Assembly (NCBI GenBank): GCA_903825695.1
Contig: CAIKBP010000137.1
Coordinates: forward strand, 1 to 28,603
Reading direction: 5' to 3'
DNA from: an uncultured Verrucomicrobiota bacterium
Lineage (GTDB): Bacteria; Verrucomicrobiota; Verrucomicrobiia; Palsa-1439
Length of the DNA: 28,603 nucleotides
Of the stretch, positions 14,287 through 25,444 are shown piece by piece. The position numbers were made by a program, and so were the translations under genes. Each line of letters begins with the position of its first letter. The stretch's first letter is position 1. Under the pieces are notes generated by a model. The model searched no databases, was not told the DNA's origin, and was given only the letters and a program-made list of their open reading frames with translations.

Positions 14287-16554
14287 TCACACCTTTATCG
14301 CTGCAGCCTTTTTCGCGCTGTTCCCTTCACTGCGGTGATACCAGAGCACACAGGGGCTGGCGATGTAGATCGACGAATACGTGCCGGTCAGCACGCCGAC
14401 GACAAAGCAAAACGCGAAATCATTAAGCACACGTCCGCCAAACCCATAGAGCGATACCGCGCAGAGGAAAACCGTGCCTGCGGTCAAAATCGTGCGCGAT
14501 AGCGTTTCGTTGACGCTGCGATTGATCAGGTCGAAATAACTGAGCTTGCCGCCGGTCAGCTTTTTATTTTCCCGAACCCGGTCAAATACGACGATCGTGT
14601 CATTGATAGAATAACCTATCAGCGTCAGCACCGCGGCAACGACCGGCATCGAGAAACTGCGTCCCGACAAACAGAACAGTCCGACGGTCATAAGCACATC
14701 GTGGATCAGTGAGATCAAAGCGCCCAATCCGTAGGAGAATTCACCGAACCGGAAGGCTATATACACCATGATCGCCAGCAGCGACACAGCCACTGCCCAC
14801 AACGCTTGTTTCAGCAGTTCCTGGCCGACAACCGCCCCAACGCGTTCTGTACCGAGCACTTTGAATTTCGCTTCCGGAAACTTCTCCTGCAAGTGTTTGA
14901 CAACCTCATCCGTCTTGCCTTCGGGGAGTTTTAGAGCCAGCACTTCAGGGCCGCCACCCAATGAGCGTTCATACTGAATGTATGCCTCTTTGACATCCTG
15001 TTTTTCCTCTTCAAGGCTGCGCCGAATATCGTCCACACTCACGCGCTGAACAAACCCCATCGTCGCGGTATCGCCACCCTTGAAATCAATGCCGTACACC
15101 GCGCCGCGCCCGACGTTCAAGCCACCGCGTTGCACGAACGACGCCATGCCTGCGATGATGATTAGCCACGAGACCGCAAACGCAACTTTCCATACGCCCA
15201 GGAAGTTAATGTGCGGCAGTCGGCGGAAGACGTGGAGCATGTTGAATGACTTCAGCCAACCTTTCGAAACCATCCAATCGAACACTGCTCGCGTGCCGAA
15301 CACACCGGAGAACAGATTGGCAATCAGGCCAATGGCCAGCGTCACACCGAACCCCTGAACCGGGCCGCTGCCAAGGAAGATTAGGATAAACGCGGTGAGA
15401 ATCGCAGTGAAGTGTGCGTCGAAAATGACCCTGAAGGCGCGTGTGTATGCCGCGGCAATTGCGCCGCGCAATGGTTTGTTCGCCGCCAGTTCCTCGCGCA
15501 CCCGCTCATAGATCAGCACGTTGGTGTCCACCGCCATGCCGATGCTGAGCACGATGCCCGCGATGCCCGGCAGCGTCAGCGTGAACTTGAACAAGGCCAG
15601 CACGCCAACGGTGATCAGGATGTTCATCACCAGCGCCACATTGGCCACTATGCCGGCCATCAAATAGTACGCCGCCATGAACACAATCACTGCAATCGCG
15701 CCAATGAGCGCCGCCTTGACGCCGCTGTGGATCGAGTCCTTGCCGAGAGACGGATCCACGCCGCGTTCCTCGACGATCTTCACTGGCGCTTGCAGCGGGT
15801 TCTCCAATACGTTGGCCAGCTCTTGAGCCTGCTGCAGCGTGAAATCGCCGGTGATCTGGCAATTTCCACCAGTGATCGGCTCGTTGATCACTGGAGCGGA
15901 ATACAGTTCGTTGTCCAAAACAATCGCCAGTTGGTGTCCCACGTTCGCAGTGGTGATACGCCCAAAAATCGCCGCGCCGCTCGGGCTAAAGCTCAGGGCC
16001 ACGTTCGGTCGTCCGATGTTGTCGAACTGCACGTAAGCGCGTTGTACATACGAACCGTCGAGTTCCGCCCGTTTTTTTACGTAGTAGACGCGAATTACCT
16101 CGCGCCCTTCCCGGTCGAGCTCTTTCCGCGTCAGTTTTTCGCACCCGACCGGTGGTTGAAATGACGGGTCGGTTTGCTCCTCGGCCAGCAGCCGCTGATT
16201 GTCGGGATGCACCATACGAAACTCCAGATACGCCGTGCGTTCGATCGTGCTCCGTGCAATCTGACGCTTGGATTCTTCCAGCCCGGGTAACTGCACCAGA
16301 ATGCGGTCTTCGCCGACCGGCTGGATGACCGGTTCGGCCACGCCGAACCGATCCACTCGCTTGCGGATCACGTCGATGGCCTGTCGCGTCGCGCTGGCGT
16401 GATCCAACGTTTTGACTTTGGACAGATCGAGTTTCAACAAATAGGACGTGCCGCCCTTCAGATCGAGGCCAAGATTAATGCCGTACTTGGCGTATGCGCC
16501 AATGGCGAGAACGCACACGGCTGCGATAATGGTGAATCTCCAGGTAAGTTTCAT
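14287..16554 (-). CDS. secDF: Protein translocase subunit SecDF (fused SecD-SecF)
   Basis: LGLDLKGG, RVDRFGVAEP, LAIVLD, GMAVDTNVLIYER (SecD half); GIDFKGG, GYSINDTIVVFDR, GTYSSIYIA (SecF half). Confidence 0.95.
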   Translation of the reverse strand: MKLTWRFTIIAAVCVLAIGAYAKYGINLGLDLKGGTSYLLKLDLSKVKTLDHASATRQAIDVIRKRVDRFGVAEPVIQPVGEDRILVQLPGLEESKRQIARSTIERTAYLEFRMVHPDNQRLLAEEQTDPSFQPPVGCEKLTRKELDREGREVIRVYYVKKRAELDGSYVQRAYVQFDNIGRPNVALSFSPSGAAIFGRITTANVGHQLAIVLDNELYSAPVINEPITGGNCQITGDFTLQQAQELANVLENPLQAPVKIVEERGVDPSLGKDSIHSGVKAALIGAIAVIVFMAAYYLMAGIVANVALVMNILITVGVLALFKFTLTLPGIAGIVLSIGMAVDTNVLIYERVREELAANKPLRGAIAAAYTRAFRVIFDAHFTAILTAFILIFLGSGPVQGFGVTLAIGLIANLFSGVFGTRAVFDWMVSKGWLKSFNMLHVFRRLPHINFLGVWKVAFAVSWLIIIAGMASFVQRGGLNVGRGAVYGIDFKGGDTATMGFVQRVSVDDIRRSLEEEKQDVKEAYIQYERSLGGGPEVLALKLPEGKTDEVVKHLQEKFPEAKFKVLGTERVGAVVGQELLKQALWAVAVSLLAIMVYIAFRFGEFSYGLGALISLIHDVLMTVGLFCLSGRSFSMPVVAAVLTLIGYSINDTIVVFDRVRENKKLTGGKLSYFDLINRSVNETLSRTILTAGTVFLCAVSLYGFGGRVLNDFAFCFVVGVLTGTYSSIYIASPCVLWYHRSEGNSAKKAAAIKV

Positions 16555-16566
16555 GGCAGTGAAAAC

Positions 16567-18172
<1,606 letters not shown>

Positions 18173-19747
18173 TCAACACTTCGCGGGTAAACCCAGGACT
18201 TGCTTAACTCGCTGAATCAACGCATCACCAGTAAAAGGCTTCTGTATGAATCCGTCCACCTCCAACGCCCGAAGTTTGTCGGCCGCTTCAGTGCCGGTAT
18301 AACCCGTGACGACAAGTATCTTGACCGGTTTGCCTACCCTGCGCACACCAGCGACCATTGCGTCCCCGCTCATGACGGGCATTACAATGTCCGTAATGAT
18401 CATGTCAATATCGTCGGCGAACTCACAATATGTGTGCAGGCCCTGCTCTCCGTCCTTAGCCGCAAGTACTCGGAAACCTTCAGATTCGAGCACGTGCGAC
18501 TGGAACTCGCGCGGGATGTCCTCGTCTTCCACCAAGAGGATAGTCGTCGTGCCGGAAGGAGGGGTGCCGGCATTGGCAACGACCGGAGCTTCGGTTTGTG
18601 CAGCTGGCAGCGCCATGCACACGGTTGTGCCCTGGCCGGGGCCGCTGGAGATCTGGATCGCCCCGCCGTGCATCTCCACGATACCACAGGCGGCGGTCAG
18701 CCCAAGCCCGCTATGGGCACCGGACTTGGTGGTGAAAAACGGGTCAAAGGCACGAGCGCGCGTGGACGGATCCATACCGTGGCCGGTGTCCCGGACCGTC
18801 AATACCGCATAAAGTCCAGCCGGCAGCGTGAACTGCAATTCGGGTGATGGAGACCGTAGTTGGCAGAGTTCGATGATGACCTCGCCGCCATCCGGCATTG
18901 CCTCGCTTGCGTTGAGGAGAACATTGACCAGTGCCTGATGCAGCTGATCTGCATCGCCACGCACCCGATCGGGACAATCTTTGGTCCGGTCCACGAACCG
19001 CACCCCGCTCGGCACCGAGCCTGCCACGAGTTTGACAGCTGCCGCAACAATTCCGCGCAGCTCCACATCCTGTGGGTTGACGACGGTGGTATGGCTGAAG
19101 GCCCTCAGTTGCTGCGTCAATTCGGTGGCTTCGGTGGCTGCTTTTTTGATCTGCTCCGCGTACGAGCGCGTCTGACTGTTCGGTGGCAATCTGCTCAGCA
19201 ACAACTCCGTATAACCGACAACCCCGGTAAGCAGGTTGTTAAACTCGTGGGCGATACCGCTCGCCAAGGCGCTCACCGAAGCCATTCTCTGCATCATCAC
19301 ATACCGTTGTTCCCATTCCTTCTCATCGGTGTTGTCCAGTGAGATACCGACTAATCCGACCACTTTTCCATCGTCGCCAAGGACCGGCATCTTTGTTGAA
19401 ATCAGCCACCGCCATCGTCCATCCACCCGACGAATATGCTCTTCTTTGTCAACCAATGCCTTGCCCGACGCCATGACCTGTTGCTCCTCGGCAAAAGCTG
19501 CCTCGGCGTGCTCACGGGCGAGAAAATCGAAATCTGTCCTGCCGATTGCGTCTTCCGGTCGGGCCAAGCCAAGCAACTTTGCTTGAGATGGGTTGACTCT
19601 TGTATACCGCGACTGAATGTCCTTGAAATAAATTGCGTCGGGAATGTTGTTAATGAGCATTTCCAACAAACCCCGCTCGTGGTGTAGTGCTCGCTTCGTC
19701 AGGTCCTGTCCGTCACCGTGCTGCATCTGGCTATTCTGACTGTCCAT
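18173..19747 (-). CDS. Cytoplasmic PAS-HisKA-HATPase-REC hybrid histidine kinase (CckA-like)
   Basis: PAS LINNIPDAIYFKD...TDFDF, H-box SGIAHEFNNLL, NVLLNASEAM, DTGHGM; receiver ILLVEDE, TDIVMP, TGY, KPF. Start set at MDSQ (19747). Confidence 0.92.
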   Translation of the reverse strand: MDSQNSQMQHGDGQDLTKRALHHERGLLEMLINNIPDAIYFKDIQSRYTRVNPSQAKLLGLARPEDAIGRTDFDFLAREHAEAAFAEEQQVMASGKALVDKEEHIRRVDGRWRWLISTKMPVLGDDGKVVGLVGISLDNTDEKEWEQRYVMMQRMASVSALASGIAHEFNNLLTGVVGYTELLLSRLPPNSQTRSYAEQIKKAATEATELTQQLRAFSHTTVVNPQDVELRGIVAAAVKLVAGSVPSGVRFVDRTKDCPDRVRGDADQLHQALVNVLLNASEAMPDGGEVIIELCQLRSPSPELQFTLPAGLYAVLTVRDTGHGMDPSTRARAFDPFFTTKSGAHSGLGLTAACGIVEMHGGAIQISSGPGQGTTVCMALPAAQTEAPVVANAGTPPSGTTTILLVEDEDIPREFQSHVLESEGFRVLAAKDGEQGLHTYCEFADDIDMIITDIVMPVMSGDAMVAGVRRVGKPVKILVVTGYTGTEAADKLRALEVDGFIQKPFTGDALIQRVKQVLGLPAKC

Positions 19748-19796
19748 GGGATTTCGCCTACACATGTTGCATCATGTCACCATACGAATCACGCAT

Positions 19797-19825
19797 ATTC
19801 TATCGCTCAAACGGGAAAGAGCGAA
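19797..19825 (-). promoter_or_regulatory. Possible sigma70 promoter for the second hybrid kinase
   Basis: Minus strand TTCGCT, 17-bp spacer, TAGAAT. Confidence 0.4.
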
Positions 19826-19854
19826 TAAATCGGCCCATTGGCGCAGGATTTCCG

Positions 19855-19884
19855 TTGATTCTTTTCCAAAGACGCCGCTATAAC
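19855..19884 (+). promoter_or_regulatory. Putative sigma70 promoter for ilvB
   Basis: TTGATT, 18-bp spacer, TATAAC. Confidence 0.5.
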
Positions 19885-19889
19885 CTCAG

Positions 19890-19930
19890 GTGTAGCGGAC
19901 GGCAACGCGTTCGTTGACTACACGATTTTT
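19890..19930 (+). promoter_or_regulatory. Terminator-like hairpin filling the ilvB 5' UTR
   Basis: GTGTAG/CTACAC outer stem and CGGACG/CGTTCG inner stem, then GATTTTT immediately before the ATG; no SD. Confidence 0.45.
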
Positions 19931-21757
19931 ATGAGCAAACATGCGAAAATGACCGCGAAAAGATCTTCCAAACGCGCTATGCCTGCAACTATCGAAACGG
20001 CAGCGGGGGAGCGCCAGTTCATCCGGGGCGCCGACCTCACCATCAAATGCCTGGAGCGGGAAGGCGTGGAAGTGGTGTTCGCATACCCCGGTGGTTCCAC
20101 CTTGGAGCTACACCAGGCATTCACACGCTCGCGCAAGATTCGAGTTGTGCTGCCCCGGCACGAGCAAGGCGGGGCGTTTGCCGCAGTCGGCTACGCGCGC
20201 GCATCGGGCAAGGTCGGCGTCTGCATGGCCACAAGTGGTCCCGGCGCTACCAACCTCATCACAGGCCTCGCGGACGCCTACATGGATTCCATCCCAGTCG
20301 TTGCCATTACGGGACAGGTTATTCGCCCAATGATTGGCAAGAGCGGGTTCCAAGAGACAGACGTGTATGGAATGACGCTGCCGATCATCAAGCACAGCTA
20401 TCTTGTGATGAACGTGGAAGACATCCCACGCGTCATCAAAGAGGCGTTTCACATCGCCTCTACGGGACGTCCAGGTCCAGTGCTTATCGATATCCCCAAG
20501 GACGTCCAGCAGGGTAGTTGTGTGCCTGTGTTCCCGGACAAGGTCATGTTGCGCGGTTACAGTCCTGAGAAGAAGATTAGCGAACCAGCCGTCCGGCAAA
20601 TCTCCGCGCTCATCGAGAAGAGCAAGCGGCCGGTCATTTACTGCGGCGGCGGGATCATCTCGGCCAATGCCAGCGATGAACTGTGCGAGTTTGCCATCAA
20701 GACCGGTATCCCTGTCACCACCACGTTGATGGGTATCGGCGCTTTCCCGCAGGATCATCCGCTTTCCCTGCATTGGCTGGGCATGCACGGCACGGTGTAC
20801 GCCAACAAGGCGGTGGACCAATGTGACCTGTTGTTGGCACTGGGTGTGCGGTTCGACGACCGCGTGACCGGCAACGCCAGTGAGTTTGCCAAAAATGCGA
20901 CCATCGTCCATATCGACATCGATCCGAGCGAGATCAACAAGAACAAGCCTGTCCACGTTCCTGTCGTCAGCGATATCAAGTATGCATTGCACCGGCTCAA
21001 CAAGATTGTCAAAGCTAGGAAACTGGGCGCGTGGCACAAACAAATCGCCAAGTGGAAAAAGCAACACCCGCTGCGCTACAAGGTTACAAACGAGGTTCTC
21101 CGCTCTCAGTACGTCCGCGATTTTCTGGGTGGCAACGTCAACGAGATCATCATGCCACAGTTCGTCATCGAGGAACTCGACCGCCTGACGCGGCATGATG
21201 CTGTTGTTGCCACAGGCGTCGGACAACACCAGATGTGGACGGCGCAGTATTACCTGTTCAAGAAACCGCGGATGCTGCTCACCTCGGGCGGTTTGGGCGC
21301 GATGGGCCACGGCCTGCCAGCCGCCATCGGCGCCAAACTCGCGCGTCCAGATAAACAGGTGATCGACATCGATGGCGACGGCTCGTTTCTTATGAACATC
21401 CAGGAACTGGCAACGGCTCATATCGAGCGCATCCCTGTCAAGGCCGTCATCCTCAATAACCAGCACCTAGGCATGGTCGTGCAGTGGGAAGACCGGTTCT
21501 ACAAGGGCGTGCGTGGCAACACATACCTCGGTGATCCGCGTCATCCACATCAGCTTTACCCGGACTTTGTGGCCATCGCCAAAGGTTTCAACGTGCCCGC
21601 CGAACGCGTCGTTCGCAAGAGCGAGGTACGACCTGCACTGGAACGGATGCTGGCGTCGAAGGAACCGTACGTTCTCGACATCATCACGCCGTACACCGAG
21701 CATGTCCTGCCGATGATCCCGTCCGGCAAAACGGTCCATGAGATAATCGTTGAGTAG
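19931..21757 (+). CDS. ilvB: Acetolactate synthase large subunit, biosynthetic type
   Basis: [44 protein letters not shown], the TPP motif [12 protein letters not shown]...[12 protein letters not shown], and HVLPMIPSG. Confidence 0.95.
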   Translation: MSKHAKMTAKRSSKRAMPATIETAAGERQFIRGADLTIKCLEREGVEVVFAYPGGSTLELHQAFTRSRKIRVVLPRHEQGGAFAAVGYARASGKVGVCMATSGPGATNLITGLADAYMDSIPVVAITGQVIRPMIGKSGFQETDVYGMTLPIIKHSYLVMNVEDIPRVIKEAFHIASTGRPGPVLIDIPKDVQQGSCVPVFPDKVMLRGYSPEKKISEPAVRQISALIEKSKRPVIYCGGGIISANASDELCEFAIKTGIPVTTTLMGIGAFPQDHPLSLHWLGMHGTVYANKAVDQCDLLLALGVRFDDRVTGNASEFAKNATIVHIDIDPSEINKNKPVHVPVVSDIKYALHRLNKIVKARKLGAWHKQIAKWKKQHPLRYKVTNEVLRSQYVRDFLGGNVNEIIMPQFVIEELDRLTRHDAVVATGVGQHQMWTAQYYLFKKPRMLLTSGGLGAMGHGLPAAIGAKLARPDKQVIDIDGDGSFLMNIQELATAHIERIPVKAVILNNQHLGMVVQWEDRFYKGVRGNTYLGDPRHPHQLYPDFVAIAKGFNVPAERVVRKSEVRPALERMLASKEPYVLDIITPYTEHVLPMIPSGKTVHEIIVE

Positions 21758-21805
21758 GACGAGACGGTCGTATCTCAGCGATAACAAAGGGCTATAGGCG
21801 CAGCA

Positions 21806-23422
21806 ATGTCACGGGGAAGTTTCTGGCTGATCGCAGCAGTCCTCTTTGTCGCCACGTCCGTTACCCATCTCTGGATGATTGGCAGTGCGCCCACGGGTTT
21901 CTTCAATGACGAAAGTTCGATCGGGTACAATGCGTATTGCATTTTTGAAACTGGGAGTGATGAGTATGGAGTGCATCATCCAGTCTTCTTCCGCAGTATC
22001 GAAGACTATAAAGATCCGGTGCTGATCTACTCGGTCGTGCCTCTTATCAAACTGTTCGGTCTTAACAAGGCAGCTGTCCGTCTTACGAGCGCCCTTTACT
22101 TCATCTGTGCGAGCATCGCGTTTGTTTTCCTGTGTTACGAATACTGCCACAACAAGTGGGTTGCGCTCGCGGGCGGTGCACTGTTCGCATTCGCACCTTG
22201 GACCTTCAACTTCAGCCGCACTGTGATTGGCGGCTATACGCCAATGCTTTTGGGGATGATCCTTGGCTGGTGGTCGCTCTTGGTGGCAGTGCGCAGAAAA
22301 TCATGGCTATTGGCCGTGTCGGCCGGCATGGCGTGGGCCCTTGCCGCGTACGCGCACAATATTGGGCGCCCCATGACGGCATTGTTAATTGTTTGTTTTC
22401 TCACCGCGTTCATCTCTGCGCTTATCCCTCTCTGGAGAGTTTTTTTGACTTTTCTCGTCAGCTTTGGCCTCTCGATGGTTCCCATGATAATCAGCATTTG
22501 GAGGAATCCTCATGTGCTGACGGCTCGCTTTCAGAGGATCAGCATCTTCCAGCAGACTCCCTCAGTTCCGCACGCGATCCTAGCAGTTGTGGGGCGATAT
22601 GTAGAATACTTCAGCCCCAAGTTTCTCTTCCTGCACGGTGATCAGATTCTTCGGCATGGAACAGGCACCAGTGGCGTGTTGTTGCTGTTTCTCGCCCCCT
22701 TCGTTGTGGTCGGATTATATTCGGCAGTCCGCCGTTGGTCGTCGAGTGCGCCCCACCGTTTCGTGTTGCTCGGCCTATTGGTATACCCAACGGCAGCCGC
22801 ACTGACGATCGATCACATGCACAGCGGGCGTTCCGTGAATGGAGTGATATTCTGGGTACTTACAGCGGTGTTGGGGATTCACCAGCTTCTTGTTACGCGC
22901 GCAAAGTCGGGGCGGGTCGTTGTCGCGCTTGTTACGTTTTGCGGCGTGGTCGAAACCGCGTGGTTCTGTCGGGATTATTTTGGGTCATATCAAATGCGAG
23001 CGCGACCTTGGTTTGAAACGGAACTGACCGAGGCGATTGAATTCTGTTACCAGAACATTGGCATAAACGAGACTTTTTACATCTCGCCGTCCGCATTTGA
23101 GTTGCAACTCCACAAAGACAACACTCTAGAACTGCTGGTAGACGAGAATTTCCACTACTATCCCGCGGTGCTTTTCTTTGGCCGCATTCCTCCGCGCTTC
23201 TACCAACGGCAAGGGATCCCCAAGGATCGGGTACGGTTGTATGACGGTGTGGCACCGAAACCGGGGCTGCTCTTGCGCAGAAGCATTCTGGTCATGCACG
23301 AAGTGGGCGTAGCCAAGTATTGGCTGGACCGCAACACCGAGTCGGTGCCACTAGGGGCGACGCTAATCAAAGCGCTGCCGTGTTCCAGTCCCGGTCGTTA
23401 CGAAGTGTACAGGATTCCATAG
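21806..23422 (+). CDS. GT-C fold membrane glycosyltransferase (ArnT/PMT_2-like)
   Basis: First-loop acidic pair FFNDESSIGYNAY...DEYG...DYKDP, multiple TM helices, YFSPKFLF..GD..RH motif, and a C-terminal soluble domain. Confidence 0.8.
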   Translation: MSRGSFWLIAAVLFVATSVTHLWMIGSAPTGFFNDESSIGYNAYCIFETGSDEYGVHHPVFFRSIEDYKDPVLIYSVVPLIKLFGLNKAAVRLTSALYFICASIAFVFLCYEYCHNKWVALAGGALFAFAPWTFNFSRTVIGGYTPMLLGMILGWWSLLVAVRRKSWLLAVSAGMAWALAAYAHNIGRPMTALLIVCFLTAFISALIPLWRVFLTFLVSFGLSMVPMIISIWRNPHVLTARFQRISIFQQTPSVPHAILAVVGRYVEYFSPKFLFLHGDQILRHGTGTSGVLLLFLAPFVVVGLYSAVRRWSSSAPHRFVLLGLLVYPTAAALTIDHMHSGRSVNGVIFWVLTAVLGIHQLLVTRAKSGRVVVALVTFCGVVETAWFCRDYFGSYQMRARPWFETELTEAIEFCYQNIGINETFYISPSAFELQLHKDNTLELLVDENFHYYPAVLFFGRIPPRFYQRQGIPKDRVRLYDGVAPKPGLLLRRSILVMHEVGVAKYWLDRNTESVPLGATLIKALPCSSPGRYEVYRIP

Positions 23423-23468
23423 CCTTGGAATGTTACAGCCGCACCGGTTGTCAATGCGTGTATCGGTG

Positions 23469-23484
23469 CTTGAAAAGATTCAAG
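23469..23484. promoter_or_regulatory. Perfect inverted repeat CTTGAA-N4-TTCAAG (possible CRP/FNR-family operator)
   Basis: Seen directly in the intergenic region between GT-C genes 1 and 2; same geometry as the FNR box TTGAT-N4-ATCAA. Confidence 0.3.
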
Positions 23485-23647
23485 AAGTCTGGTCTATCAG
23501 CAACGCAAAGATAACGACCCATTGTGAACCCAAGTGCGTATGTGGTCATTCGACCGTTCGGAGTGAGTGCATGAACCACACGCAGCAACACCTGTAGGAC
23601 GGTTCTCCGCGGGACAAGGTAAACAACTGCGAAATCGAATGAAACTG

Positions 23648-25393
23648 ATGAACTGCTCTGAACGGCTCCGCACAGCATGCGTGCTGACAGTTTTTGCCGC
23701 CGTGTTTGTTGCACTTACCGTCAGCAGTTACGTGCAGAAATCTGCCACTGCCGATGAACCCGAGAATCTTACGGCGGGCTATACTGCTTTGACTTTACGC
23801 GATTACCGCCTCGATCCAGTCCACCCACCTTTTCTGCGGATGTGGGCCGCGCTTCCATTGTTGACGATGCGGGGGGTCAATCTCGACACCAACAGCACTT
23901 ATTGGTTGCCCGCACAGACCGAGTTTTTCTCTCAAGAGTTTCTATATCAAAAGAACGATGCAGACCGACTGCTTTACGCTAGTCGCTTCATGATCGTCCT
24001 GCTCGGCCTGCTACTGGGCGTCACGCTTTTTTGTTGGGCGCGCGAATTGTACAGCTTCTGGACCGCAACCATCGTGCTGGCATTGTACACAACAGAGCCA
24101 AACATCCTCGCCCACGCGAGTGTTGTCACTACTGACCTCGGCACCACTTGCTTTATGTTGGGCACTCTGTATTTCCTTTGGCGGACAATCCGCCATTTGA
24201 CTTGGGGAAATGTTGCCGGTCTAATTGCATTCTTCATACTGGCGCAGGTGAGTAAGTATTCAGCGCTTGTTCTGTGGCCGATGTTGTTCTTTCTGCTGTT
24301 GACTCGGATCGTGCGGCGCGACCCGTGGCCATGCTCCATTGGTCATTTGCAGGAGTTACGATCCAAAATGAGCAAGATGCTCACTTCTCTGACAATTGGC
24401 CTCCTATTATTCGTAGCCACTATTGTAGCGATTTGGGCGGTTTACGGCTTTCGGTATATCCCCGCCCCCAAAGGCAGCGGACTGATCCGATTGGTGACCC
24501 AACCGGCGATGGCCGAACGTATCCCACGACTGGCACGGGTCATGAATTGGGTGGACACCCGCCATTTCTTACCGAATGCGTCCGTACAGGGGTTTTTAGC
24601 CGGGCAGGCACTGCACCAGAAATCTCAGGCTTTTTTAATGGGCCGTGTCAGCAACGTGGGCTGGTGGTACTATTTCCCCATTGCGTTCCTTATCAAGACG
24701 CCAGTTTCACTTCTACTGCTCTTTTTCGGCGGAATCCTGCTTGCCCTGTTCCAACGCAAGGTGCTCATGGATAATGATTTATTCATGCTGCTGCCCATTG
24801 CGGTTTACTTTCCAATCGCTATGGTGTCGCACTTGAACATCGGCTTGCGACATATCCTGCCGATCTACCCCTTTGTACTGCTCATCGCGGGTAAAGCCGT
24901 GGCGCGACTTTGGATGAGCCGGCAGAAGATGCTACACATCGTTTTGGGTGCGTTGTGCTTATTCCAAGCCGAGGAGGTGGCATTCGTCTATCCACACTAC
25001 CTTGCCTTTTTCAATCAGTTCATCGGCGGCCCTCGGAACGGCTACAAGTATTTGTCCGACTCGAATCTCGACTGGGGACAAGACCTGAAGCTTTTGAAGA
25101 GGTGGATGGACAAGAACGGTGTGCAATCGGTAAATCTGAGTTACTTCGGTCATGCTGATCCTGTTTACTATGGAATCAACTGCGCCTATCTTCCGCCGAC
25201 ACCGTTTTTTGCCAAGGGACGGGATTCCGCGCCGCGGTTTCCCGGATATGTGGCCGTCAGCGTGCAGAATCTGATCGGGGTCGCACTAGACCCACCCCAT
25301 CGGGATTTCTATGAGAAGCTGCTGGGGTCTGAACCTGTTGCCGTGATCGGTTATTCAATCCGCGTGTACTGGGTCGATAGACCGTGGTGGTAG
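23648..25393 (+). CDS. GT-C fold membrane glycosyltransferase (PMT_2/GT39-like), paralog A
   Basis: SATADEP...HPPFLRMWAALP, EPNILAHASVVTTD, SKYSA, NIGLRHILPIYP and YLSDSNLDWGQDL motifs. Start chosen by alignment with paralog B; ATG 23639 is an alternative. Confidence 0.85.
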   Translation: MNCSERLRTACVLTVFAAVFVALTVSSYVQKSATADEPENLTAGYTALTLRDYRLDPVHPPFLRMWAALPLLTMRGVNLDTNSTYWLPAQTEFFSQEFLYQKNDADRLLYASRFMIVLLGLLLGVTLFCWARELYSFWTATIVLALYTTEPNILAHASVVTTDLGTTCFMLGTLYFLWRTIRHLTWGNVAGLIAFFILAQVSKYSALVLWPMLFFLLLTRIVRRDPWPCSIGHLQELRSKMSKMLTSLTIGLLLFVATIVAIWAVYGFRYIPAPKGSGLIRLVTQPAMAERIPRLARVMNWVDTRHFLPNASVQGFLAGQALHQKSQAFLMGRVSNVGWWYYFPIAFLIKTPVSLLLLFFGGILLALFQRKVLMDNDLFMLLPIAVYFPIAMVSHLNIGLRHILPIYPFVLLIAGKAVARLWMSRQKMLHIVLGALCLFQAEEVAFVYPHYLAFFNQFIGGPRNGYKYLSDSNLDWGQDLKLLKRWMDKNGVQSVNLSYFGHADPVYYGINCAYLPPTPFFAKGRDSAPRFPGYVAVSVQNLIGVALDPPHRDFYEKLLGSEPVAVIGYSIRVYWVDRPWW

Positions 25394-25444
25394 CCCAAAG
25401 GATTGTGTAGCGACGGCGACGGGCAGCGATTACAATCCATATCG

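Noticed and set aside
19774-19917. Possible ilvB attenuator leader peptide (MSPYESRIF...PLILF...)
   Set aside because: It is 47 codons long with only scattered Leu/Ile/Val and no SD, and it starts upstream of the predicted ilvB promoter.
20108-21466. 452-aa antisense ORF over ilvB
   Set aside because: Codon-mirror shadow of a conserved gene; no SD and no domain signature.
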